64,000 bases of DNA, from NCBI GenBank assembly GCA_001771185.1, contig METB01000001.1, positions 186,631 to 250,630 on the forward strand, read 5' to 3'. The position numbers and the translations under genes are program-made. This document shows positions 27,513-35,988 of this stretch, piece by piece (the first letter of the stretch is position 1; the number at the start of each line of letters is the position of its first letter). Under the pieces are notes generated by a model. The model was given only the letters and a program-made list of their open reading frames with translations. It searched no databases and was not told the DNA's origin. This DNA comes from a candidate division Kazan bacterium RIFCSPHIGHO2_01_FULL_44_14 (GTDB taxonomy: Bacteria > Patescibacteriota > Kazan-3B-28).

Positions 27513-27807
27513 GAGTAATTAGTTCGGGTTAGAACCTAGCCGAAATCCCCAACTCCAGATACACTAAGAGGTCAAATCCAGGGGGTTCACCTCATCCTCA
27601 TATCGGCACCCGAAGCCCCTACTCATTAACCCACACCCACCAACCTCCAACTGAACCGCTGAATTGCCTACCGAAAAATTAAAAAATTGTTTATCAACAT
27701 TGTTCAAAGAAATATTTAAACAAATTACATAAAAAATAGTTGCATTAATATTAAAGTAATTCTATATTCAAAGTAAGTTGTTGCGCAAAAAGAAAATAAT
27801 AGTTGAG

Positions 27808-28434
27808 ATGAAAAATAAAGTTACAAAATTCATACAGTTGCAGGCGGAAAGAAACCGCCAGCTGTTAGTGTTGGGTGCGGTCTTGTTTGTGTCAGGCGTA
27901 ATGGCTAGTGGTGTGATTCAAATTACTCGAGCCGGCACAACTGACAACACTAATGTCAATATCGTGGTAACTGCTGGTTCATTATCTATCGCTATGGCCG
28001 ATGTTCAGTTTGATGTCGGGAGTGGCGGACCGGGTACAGCCAATGTTAACAGCATCGCCTGGGATGGGTTAGCCAACGCCATTACGATTGCGGATACGAC
28101 TGGTTCTGGTAGTGGTTGGAGTACTACTGCCTACTTTGTTGACAACTTTATCAGTGCTGGCGCCGAGGAGATGGCTATCGCTTCACTACTCAACTGGTAC
28201 CCAGGGGATATGACCATAGCCAATGGTACTGGCAACAATGCACATATTGGTCCCGGTGCAAACAGCGTCTTTGCTGGCACAGGGGCAGGCAATCCCCTAA
28301 CCTTTGCCGGCAACAATAGTGCTGGTACAGCCGCCGGTTCATTTAATATGCACAATGTCAAAATGGAATACGATATTCCGGTTTCTGCAGTCGCTACCTC
28401 CTACAGCGCCGACCTGCTCTTTACCATTGCCTAA
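27808..28434 (+). CDS. Secreted WxL-like surface protein (small), paralogue of 21707-22327.
   Basis: Signal anchor; IADTTGSGSGWSTTAYF; C-terminal ...KMEYDIPVSAVATSYSADLLFTIA. Start taken at the ATG at 27808 (the track offers TTG at 27778). Confidence 0.55.
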   Translation: MKNKVTKFIQLQAERNRQLLVLGAVLFVSGVMASGVIQITRAGTTDNTNVNIVVTAGSLSIAMADVQFDVGSGGPGTANVNSIAWDGLANAITIADTTGSGSGWSTTAYFVDNFISAGAEEMAIASLLNWYPGDMTIANGTGNNAHIGPGANSVFAGTGAGNPLTFAGNNSAGTAAGSFNMHNVKMEYDIPVSAVATSYSADLLFTIA

Positions 28435-28591
28435 TTTACTCTTTTCAACTTTCCACTAAACACTACCAACCTCGTCCCCGAGGTTGGTTTTTAAAATTCT
28501 TCACCAATCGTCAATCATTTTATTAATTGAATTGTTTACCATTTTGATATTCTTATTTTCTTTCTGCGTCTCCATATTGTAGAATAGGATA

Positions 28592-30007
28592 GTGAAACAA
28601 ACATTGTGCCAAATTCTGCCACTGACCCTAGGGATACTCTGGCTGTTCACTCTGATTCCATCTTCGGCGATAGGACTATCAAGCAATCGGGTTGGCCTGA
28701 GACCCGGAAACACTGAATCTGACTACACTCACTCCGGTGGGTGGTTGGTATATGAGGTTGACCCGGCCAAGGTCACCGAAATTAAGGATACCACCAAGAT
28801 TATGAACCTTAGCGACAACCAAGTTGTCGTTAAGCTTGAGGCAGTAGATGCCATCCTCGCTGGTGGTGGCGGTTTTGCTTTGTTGGATAATAAATCCGAG
28901 AATGAGAATTTAGGGAGTTGGGTGACACTTGAAGAAACCACCATCACTCTGCCACCCCAGTCAGACAAACTAGTTCACTTCACAATTACTATCCCTAAAA
29001 ATGCTGAAGTGGGCGACCACATTGGTGGTTTAACGATTCAAGAGATCGATAGCCCGGCTGATTCCACTCTCAAGTCCGGCGGTACCAGCGTACGCGTACG
29101 CACTCGAGTAGGTCTCCGGGTGTATTTAACTCTTCTGGGAGATATTGAACGCAATTTCAAAATTCGCGACCGTAAATTCTATGGTGTCGGCGACAAAATG
29201 ATGATTCAAACTACGGTTGAGAATCTGGGGAACATTCGCACCGACATGAGAATGGATGCCAGGATTTACGGCATCTTTGGCAGATACGATACAGCCGATA
29301 ATGTTAACTTCGGACAGACCTTCCCGAAAAAGACCGTTACCTATAATATTTCCTGGCCCGGGAAAAAGGATAGACCGCTATTCGGACCGTATCTGGCAAT
29401 CATGACTTTTCGCGATGCTTATGAACCAATGTCCAAAACCGTCGCGATGCCACCGGCGCCCAAACCGGTCACGGTTTGGGCAATTACCTTCTTTATCCCC
29501 TACACTCAAACCATCGTCGTACTAATTCTGGCTTTCTTGGTCTGGTTCTTTATGCAACTTCGGCGCTGGCGTAAGACCGTAGCCCTAGCTCGGATGCGAG
29601 TGGTAGCTTACAAAATTAAAAAAGGTGACCATTTAATGGATATCGCCGCTCACTATGAAATTGGCTGGAAGTTCTTAGCCCAACTAAACGACATTAAACC
29701 ACCTTACAGTTTGCATGGACTAACTACTCTATATGTACCAGACGCTCGGGGCAAGTTGCGCGATATCGCTTCGCCACAATTCTGGGGGTCCTTATTTGCT
29801 CCAATTATCGGCTGGCTGAAGAAAATATTTAAGCGGACCAAACCCTACTTCACTATCGTAATCGACAAAGGCGACACCAAGAAGAGCGTGGAGCAGTTCA
29901 CCAATCTGACTTGGACTGAATTAATGCGCTACAACCATCTTGCCTCAACTACTCGGCCAAAGACCGGGATGGAATTGAAAGTCCCCCGCCGTCGGCGCCA
30001 GAGGTAA
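28592..30007 (+). CDS. DUF916/DUF3324-like surface protein with a TM anchor and C-terminal LysM-like repeats; paralogue of 22437-23831.
   Basis: Signal peptide, ITIPKNAEVGDHIGGLTI, TM (FFIPYTQTIVVLILAFLVWFFM), YKIKKGDHLMDIAAHY...LAQLNDI, second unit TIVIDKGDTKKSVEQFT...ELKVPR. Confidence 0.5.
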   Translation: MKQTLCQILPLTLGILWLFTLIPSSAIGLSSNRVGLRPGNTESDYTHSGGWLVYEVDPAKVTEIKDTTKIMNLSDNQVVVKLEAVDAILAGGGGFALLDNKSENENLGSWVTLEETTITLPPQSDKLVHFTITIPKNAEVGDHIGGLTIQEIDSPADSTLKSGGTSVRVRTRVGLRVYLTLLGDIERNFKIRDRKFYGVGDKMMIQTTVENLGNIRTDMRMDARIYGIFGRYDTADNVNFGQTFPKKTVTYNISWPGKKDRPLFGPYLAIMTFRDAYEPMSKTVAMPPAPKPVTVWAITFFIPYTQTIVVLILAFLVWFFMQLRRWRKTVALARMRVVAYKIKKGDHLMDIAAHYEIGWKFLAQLNDIKPPYSLHGLTTLYVPDARGKLRDIASPQFWGSLFAPIIGWLKKIFKRTKPYFTIVIDKGDTKKSVEQFTNLTWTELMRYNHLASTTRPKTGMELKVPRRRRQR

Positions 30008-30013
30008 TCTCGA

Positions 30014-31528
30014 CTACTTTTTGGTATAGATTACCGCTAACTTGTCCTGATAGACCAACTGCCAGCCGGGCTGGTGGCTAAGCATATTGGCTAACGAAAA
30101 TCCAGGTGGAATTATCACCCAATCTACCCCATACCTCTCTTGAATCATTGAGACGGTGCCTGGTTGGCCGTCATCAATAGCCATTGCATCACGAAAGACG
30201 AATCGATTATCCAATTTCCAATAAGCCATTCGACCATCAATAAATACTTTTTGTTCAGGAAAACGCCAGACCAAGAATCCGCCCCAGCTGTAAGGATTAT
30301 ACATTCGAGTGCCAATCTGGTCTGGGTGGGCTTTGGCCCACTCCACCGCTTGGAGTGGGTAATTCCCCCAATGAATTAGGGTGTTCATGTCTTCATTGGC
30401 CAAGGCAAATTGCATCACTCCGGGCAAGATAGCCAACAGGCCCACTCCGGTGATTATGAGCGCCAACCAGCGCACCCTAATTAACCAGTTAGTCAGTCGT
30501 CTTATCCCTCCATCAATTGCTTCGGCAAACAACCCAGCGCTAATCAGTAAAAAGAGTTCCAGATTACGATCCGCCCACAGAGCCGAGACGAATAGGGCTA
30601 AAGCCAAAGCCCATCGGGTTGGTTCCACCTTTCGGTAGACAAATAAAAGGGCCACTATCATTAGTACTAAATAAACCACAAAAATCTGGTCCGAGAGACC
30701 ATGAAGTCCAAAATGACCCCACTCGGCTAAATGTTGCGCCACTAATGGTTCGGTTAGAGTTTTGTAAATATCAACATACAACTGTAATCCGTATGGATTA
30801 AGCAGAGTAATCACGCCAGACATCAAACCGACCCAGAAGAGATGCCCCAACTGTTTAGGACTAAGAGTGGGTTCGGCTTTGGATTGATACCGATACTGGA
30901 TACCGGCATACCATCGACTCTTCGACTTAATTAATTCGACCACAAACAGCAGCGCTAAAATGGCCAACCCAATCAAAAATCCACCATGCAGATTAGCCCA
31001 GAGCCAGAAGAATGGGATATGCCACCATAAATGTTTAAGTCGGCCACTACGGTAACGAACGAACGACCACAGCACGACTGCGGTCCCCAAATAAGACAGG
31101 ACTTGAATCCGCACCCCTCCTCGTGCCACATTGGCAAGAATTGCGAATCCTGCCACCAGCAGTTTGGATTTGGCACTTACCCTAGGTGACCAGGATGCGG
31201 CAATCAACAGAGCCAAAATCACTATCACAGCAAAAATAAAACTTAATCCGACTCCGCCTAAATGCTGGTAGACAAAGGCCACTAATCCATCACTTAGCCA
31301 CTCATGATTGACCCAGTGCCAGTCCGGCATGGTATAAGAGTAGGGATCGAGTTTGGGAACATGCCAAGTGCGGAGCAAATCTATGCCTGACTTCAGGTGC
31401 CAGCCAAAATCGGGATCTACCACCGGATAAGAGCCGAGCGCCACCACTACCATAAAAACCAATCCATCAATTGAATCGATTCGCCCCCACCACTGCTTTA
31501 TCCAGAGAATTGGGTGCCACTGTCTCAT
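30014..31528 (-). CDS. Large polytopic membrane protein, putative GT-C-like glycosyltransferase; paralogue of 25854-27392.
   Basis: VVDPDFGWHLKSGIDLLRTWHVPKLDPYSYTMPDWHWVNHEWLSDG aligns to the paralogue; C-terminal WGGFLVWRFPEQKVFIDGRMAYW. Confidence 0.4.
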   Translation of the reverse strand: MRQWHPILWIKQWWGRIDSIDGLVFMVVVALGSYPVVDPDFGWHLKSGIDLLRTWHVPKLDPYSYTMPDWHWVNHEWLSDGLVAFVYQHLGGVGLSFIFAVIVILALLIAASWSPRVSAKSKLLVAGFAILANVARGGVRIQVLSYLGTAVVLWSFVRYRSGRLKHLWWHIPFFWLWANLHGGFLIGLAILALLFVVELIKSKSRWYAGIQYRYQSKAEPTLSPKQLGHLFWVGLMSGVITLLNPYGLQLYVDIYKTLTEPLVAQHLAEWGHFGLHGLSDQIFVVYLVLMIVALLFVYRKVEPTRWALALALFVSALWADRNLELFLLISAGLFAEAIDGGIRRLTNWLIRVRWLALIITGVGLLAILPGVMQFALANEDMNTLIHWGNYPLQAVEWAKAHPDQIGTRMYNPYSWGGFLVWRFPEQKVFIDGRMAYWKLDNRFVFRDAMAIDDGQPGTVSMIQERYGVDWVIIPPGFSLANMLSHQPGWQLVYQDKLAVIYTKK

Positions 31529-31640
31529 GAACCCAGTTTAACAGAATGATTTCTACCAAACGAGCAGCCAACTTGCTTACAACAGGTGGCTGATTGACAG
31601 ATAAGGTTAGTTGCCCAGATAATAGAAACATAAAATCAAA

Positions 31641-34073
31641 GTGTGTAAAAATAAATTGATGCAATTTCTCAAACAGAATTTCTACCCTAGGCGTAAGAGT
31701 GGCAAACTGTTTTCGAAGTTGACCCACCGACAGAATATCTTGGCGCGAATTAGTTGGGCGCTGATTTTGGCAATCACTTTCACTAATATTCAATGGAATT
31801 TTAGTGATTTCGATATTCTGCCCGCGCCAACCCCAAAAGCCGAGGCCCAAGCCGCTGACCAGACCATTCTTTACTTTAAAAACGACACTGCCACTTCCAG
31901 CGCCTACTACGACATAACCGGCCCCAACAATGAAGAGAGTTCTTATACTGATGGGAACGCCGCCGACCCAACAGGCAAAACCACCGCTATAGCGATGCAC
32001 CCGATTTTTGGGGCGTTAATTCCTACCACTACCACTGACAATGTGAACCTCACCACCTCCCGCGCCAATATGAATGTCTGGTATCGTACCTTTATTATGC
32101 CGTTGGCAAATAATACGACATTTAATAGCACTACCACTTTTAACATCGGCGTCTCGGCTGATGAAAATAACGCCGCCGCCAACGCTGTCGTGGTGGGCTT
32201 TGTCTATGTCTATGATGGCGATGAGAATCCTTCGGCCAATGTCCAAACCCTGGCCGGCCCCACTGCCAGCTCGGAGGTCGGCACTGGTAACCAAGGGCTG
32301 GAGTGGGACATCGCCAATGGCCTTGGAGCCGGCTCCTACACCACCGACACGGACGACTATCTGGCAGTTGAACTGTGGGTGAACTTCCCCACTACCACCG
32401 CCCGCAATGTGACTCTCCGCTGGGGCGGAAATGTGGTGGTGGCAGCCGGCACTGGCAATATTGCCCCTGCTAGTCGAATTACCATCAATGGAACCAAGAT
32501 TGACACCTTTGACCCGCTATTTTTCAGGGAGACCAGCGCTGACCGACATCCCACCAATGAAACCACCACCGAGTTGACTCCAGAAGGAGGTACATTAGAC
32601 AGCCGCCGAATGGGGACGGTAGCCGGTAGTAGCGCCGAGACCAACGCCCAGGACACCACTGCTAGTGGCGAGTGGTTATTAAATGTGTTTACTTCACCAC
32701 CTCTGGCCGCCCAGACCATACCGGCCAGTAGCAACTTTATTATCAAGCTGGCGGGGAATGAAAGTAATGCCAGCGCTAACGCCCAATTTCGATATAGCAT
32801 TTACACTTGGGACGCCGACGACACGATTGGAGACACCATCGTGGGGTTTGCCAACAGCGGGGTTGAATGGCTCGCTGCTGATACTACCGACAACCAGGTT
32901 GAGATAGTGGTTAATAATGGGGCTGGGGCGATTACCATCTCGGATGGAGAACGGTTAGTGATAGAACTCAACACCACGGTTGTTAACTCTTATACCATTA
33001 CCCACTATTTTGGTGGCGCAAACACCCCAACCACTGCTGCTACCAACAGTGCCCTTATCCCCCCATTAAATTCCGATCGAAGGCCATTGCAGTATCTAGC
33101 CCAAGAATACGACCAAGCCAATTTTTGGTTTGATGAGGATGATGAAGATCACACCAGCAGTGATGTTCATAGTGCCTGGACCGATACAGCTGGATCAATT
33201 AACGAGAATCAATCGGGGACTTATACCGAAGATACTAATTTCCGGGTACGAATCCAAATCGTTAATCTGGGTGGCGAGACCGATACCCTGGCTCCAACTT
33301 TGTATTATTGCGATTTTTTCAGTTGCTCATATGCCCAGGTCACCGACAGTTCCACTGATGTACAAATAGCCCCCACTGCCAATATCGATCAAAATGATGT
33401 TACTACCAGACAGTTAACCGAACAAACTCCTGGCTGGGATTTTTCTGCCGGTCGGATGGTAGACACCTATGGAGTGGCTACCACGTCCGTATCGATGACT
33501 GCTTGGACCTACACCGAATATGAATGGTCGATTACAGCCATCAATCCAGGAATGTACAATCTTAAGGTCAGGGATGGGAGTACTGAACTTACCTATTACT
33601 CTTCAACCGCTTTTTTTACCGCCCAAGAGGGGTCTTCTCTCGGTGTGACTGCCCCGACTAATGTAACTCTGACCACTGGGAATCCCGGGACTACTTCCGA
33701 AACTACTTTTGGGGCTGGTGAACTGGTTGCGGTTACTTACGGCAGTGCTGGTTGGAGTTTGACGGTATCGTCTAGTGTCTTCACGGGATCTCCGACCTTG
33801 TATGTCATCCCGGCAGCTAATGTGAAACTCCGAACCGATGGAATACCACCAGCGGGTGGGAGTGATACTTACACGATCTGGTCAGGAGTTACTACTAATG
33901 TAAGTGAGCCGAGTGCCGGGACATACTCGCTCGATACCGCCAAAACCGTCGGGACCCGAAGTAGTGGCACTGGCGGAGATGTTACTAATGTTCGGCCAAC
34001 TATCCAAATCGTCATTCCGCCTGACGCAGTAGTAGAAGAATACACCGGCGATCTCACTTTCACAGTGGCCTAA
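31641..34073 (+). CDS. Large (810 aa) secreted Thr/Asn/Gly-rich surface protein with a WxL-like C-terminal end.
   Basis: N-terminal signal anchor; low-complexity beta-rich sequence; C-terminus ...IQIVIPPDAVVEEYTGDLTFTVA shares its ending with the two small WxL-like proteins. Confidence 0.55.
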   Translation: MCKNKLMQFLKQNFYPRRKSGKLFSKLTHRQNILARISWALILAITFTNIQWNFSDFDILPAPTPKAEAQAADQTILYFKNDTATSSAYYDITGPNNEESSYTDGNAADPTGKTTAIAMHPIFGALIPTTTTDNVNLTTSRANMNVWYRTFIMPLANNTTFNSTTTFNIGVSADENNAAANAVVVGFVYVYDGDENPSANVQTLAGPTASSEVGTGNQGLEWDIANGLGAGSYTTDTDDYLAVELWVNFPTTTARNVTLRWGGNVVVAAGTGNIAPASRITINGTKIDTFDPLFFRETSADRHPTNETTTELTPEGGTLDSRRMGTVAGSSAETNAQDTTASGEWLLNVFTSPPLAAQTIPASSNFIIKLAGNESNASANAQFRYSIYTWDADDTIGDTIVGFANSGVEWLAADTTDNQVEIVVNNGAGAITISDGERLVIELNTTVVNSYTITHYFGGANTPTTAATNSALIPPLNSDRRPLQYLAQEYDQANFWFDEDDEDHTSSDVHSAWTDTAGSINENQSGTYTEDTNFRVRIQIVNLGGETDTLAPTLYYCDFFSCSYAQVTDSSTDVQIAPTANIDQNDVTTRQLTEQTPGWDFSAGRMVDTYGVATTSVSMTAWTYTEYEWSITAINPGMYNLKVRDGSTELTYYSSTAFFTAQEGSSLGVTAPTNVTLTTGNPGTTSETTFGAGELVAVTYGSAGWSLTVSSSVFTGSPTLYVIPAANVKLRTDGIPPAGGSDTYTIWSGVTTNVSEPSAGTYSLDTAKTVGTRSSGTGGDVTNVRPTIQIVIPPDAVVEEYTGDLTFTVA

Positions 34074-34080
34074 CTCTACT

Positions 34081-34167
34081 AATCTCCGGCCAACCCTCCA
34101 GGCCCACATCCCCGCCAACCAGGTCTCAGGCAACCTCACGGGAACCTTCACCTTCACCGTCGTCTAG
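34081..34167 (+). pseudogene. Decayed duplicate of the last 28 codons of the 31641-34073 gene, placed 8 nt after its stop and in a different frame.
   Basis: Translates NLRPTLQAHIPANQVSGNLTGTFTFTVV* against the gene end NVRPTIQIVIPPDAVVEEYTGDLTFTVA*. Confidence 0.6.
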
Positions 34168-34182
34168 CCCCGCCCCATCCCC

Positions 34183-34217
34183 TGTATGACTTTATGCGGT
34201 CGCTTGAAGTCATACAT
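34183..34217. promoter_or_regulatory. Palindrome TGTATGACTT-N13-AAGTCATACA upstream of the PaaX-like regulator gene; candidate operator.
   Basis: Read directly. A near-identical, perfect copy lies at 34818-34853. Confidence 0.5.
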
Positions 34218-34239
34218 TTAATAGATATACAATAGAGCT

Positions 34240-34767
34240 GTGGTTAAGAAACGTTCAACGTTAACGAGGGATATTTTAGCTGCCGTAGCCGCTACGGGCA
34301 GTTTGATGGTGGTTGTTTTAACCGCTCCGAGCTTACCCCGCACACTGGGCCAATTACTTAATAAATATCAGCGCAATTCACTAGCGCCTTCTCGAATTAA
34401 ACAAAGATTGCGCGATCTCCAGCGTCAGCATTTGGTGGATATTAGCGAACAAGGCAACCGAACTAAAATTCGCCTCACCAAAGCCGGCCGAGTTCGAGTG
34501 CTTGAGTATGAGGCCGATGATATGGTCATTCCCAAACAGACCCCCTGGGACGGTCAATGGCGATATGTTATTTTTGATATCCCAGAAAAGAATAAATTGG
34601 CCCGCAATGTGTTCCGAGAAAAACTGCGGATGTTAGGATTTGTAAAGATTCAACAAAGCGTTTGGCGTCATAAATATCCCTGCAGTCCGGAAATTGAATT
34701 CCTCACTCATCTCTACCAAATTACTCGATATGTTAGTGTTCTGCAGGGACACTCTCTCGGGCAATAG
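34240..34767 (+). CDS. PaaX-family-like transcriptional regulator (N-terminal winged helix, C-terminal Cas2/PaaX_C-fold domain).
   Basis: C-terminal WDGQWRYVIFDIPEKNKLARNVFREKLRMLGFVKIQQSVW matches the PaaX_C / Cas2-like W-G-W...IPE...R...LR..L...GF pattern; the N-terminal 90 aa are basic with helix-turn-helix character. Confidence 0.5.
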   Translation: MVKKRSTLTRDILAAVAATGSLMVVVLTAPSLPRTLGQLLNKYQRNSLAPSRIKQRLRDLQRQHLVDISEQGNRTKIRLTKAGRVRVLEYEADDMVIPKQTPWDGQWRYVIFDIPEKNKLARNVFREKLRMLGFVKIQQSVWRHKYPCSPEIEFLTHLYQITRYVSVLQGHSLGQ

Positions 34768-34817
34768 TCACGCCCCCATCTCAATGATTTCAAATAGTCC
34801 AATCTTAATTTGACTAC

Positions 34818-34853
34818 CTGTATGACTTTAAGCGGCCGCATAAAGTCATACAG
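34818..34853. promoter_or_regulatory. Perfect palindrome CTGTATGACTTTA-AGCGGCCGCA-TAAAGTCATACAG between the regulator gene and capA; candidate operator.
   Basis: 13-bp perfect inverted arms with a 10-bp palindromic spacer, read directly. Confidence 0.55.
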
Positions 34854-34888
34854 TTTGGTGGGGATGTGGGTGTGATACAATCTAAGAC

Positions 34889-35974
34889 GTGAAACAAGTT
34901 AGTTGGCGTGTTTTTATATTGGCGGGGATGGCGCTGGTGGGCGCCGGAGTTTGGTATGCGGTCAATCCAGTGACTGAAGATTTCACTGACAAACAACCAA
35001 CCCAAAACATCGATTCTGAAATTGTGATTATTGTTGGCGGAGACGTGAATATGGGACGGCAGACCGGCCAAAAGATTTTGGCCGGTGAAATTGATTATCC
35101 GTTTCTTAATATCGCCGAAGTGCTGAAATCGGCTGACATCGCTTTTGTAAATCTGGAAAGTCAGCTGGCTGACCTGAATGGCGAGACCCAGTCCCCCACT
35201 AATGAATATCGGTTTGCCGGACCACCCGAAGGAGCCCAGAGTTTGGCCAATGCCGGAATTGATATTGTATCGGTAGCTAATAATCATATGTGGGATTATG
35301 GCAAAGCCCGACTAGAAGAAACTTTGACTAATTTAAACAATGCTGGGGTGATTTATGTTGGTGCAAATATGGACCCGACCCAAGTTTGGACCCCAAAAAT
35401 TATCGAAGTCAAAGGCAAAAAAGTCGCTTTCCTAGCGATGACTAATCTGCTTAACGGCTACGAAAACTCTGGCGCCAATGAGTTTGTCGCCTTCCAAAAT
35501 GGATCTCGGCTAGTAGCAGAAATTCAGAAGATTAAAGATGAAGTTGACTGGGTAATTATATCCCTGCACAGCGGAGCCGAGTACACTGCCAATCCCAGTT
35601 CGGCCATGGTCCAGATGTCCCACGACTTAATCGACGCTGGAGCCGATGCAATTTTAGCCGGACACCCGCATGTTCCGCAGAGAATAGAAGAATACACTGC
35701 AGGTTCAAGTAGCCCATCCTTCACTAAAGTTTCGGAGGGCGAGGGAATAAAAAATCAGAGTAAGGGTATTATTTTTTATTCCCTCGGAAACTTTGCGTTC
35801 TGGCAACCGTTTGATTTTTGGACCCAACATTCATTTCTGGCCAAACTAAAATTAACCATCCCGCATCAAGTCGAGTATGAGATAGTCCCTGTAAATTCGG
35901 GCTGGCAGCCCTCGGTGCTAACCGATACGGATGCCATTCAGCAGTTAATGACCCGACTGAATCCAGAATCGTAG
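34889..35974 (+). CDS. CapA/PgsA-family metallophosphatase (poly-gamma-glutamate capsule synthesis family).
   Basis: Signal anchor; VIIVGGDVNMGRQ...FVNLES...ANNHMWDYG...ISLHSGAEY...LAGHPHVPQ (PGA_cap pattern). Confidence 0.7.
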   Translation: MKQVSWRVFILAGMALVGAGVWYAVNPVTEDFTDKQPTQNIDSEIVIIVGGDVNMGRQTGQKILAGEIDYPFLNIAEVLKSADIAFVNLESQLADLNGETQSPTNEYRFAGPPEGAQSLANAGIDIVSVANNHMWDYGKARLEETLTNLNNAGVIYVGANMDPTQVWTPKIIEVKGKKVAFLAMTNLLNGYENSGANEFVAFQNGSRLVAEIQKIKDEVDWVIISLHSGAEYTANPSSAMVQMSHDLIDAGADAILAGHPHVPQRIEEYTAGSSSPSFTKVSEGEGIKNQSKGIIFYSLGNFAFWQPFDFWTQHSFLAKLKLTIPHQVEYEIVPVNSGWQPSVLTDTDAIQQLMTRLNPES

Positions 35975-35988
35975 TGTAGAATAAATCC

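Noticed and set aside
31641-34167. A diversity-generating retroelement (VR/TR pair) to explain the duplicated 3' end of the WxL-like gene.
   Set aside because: No reverse transcriptase gene is nearby. The two copies differ at many non-adenine positions (C to G, C to T) rather than by the adenine-specific pattern of DGRs, and the copy is only 87 nt.
34240-34767. A stand-alone CRISPR Cas2 gene.
   Set aside because: Although the C-terminal domain has the Cas2-like W..IFDIPE..R..L..GF signature, it is fused to an N-terminal winged-helix region, as in PaaX-family regulators. There is no cas1 and no repeat array in the window.
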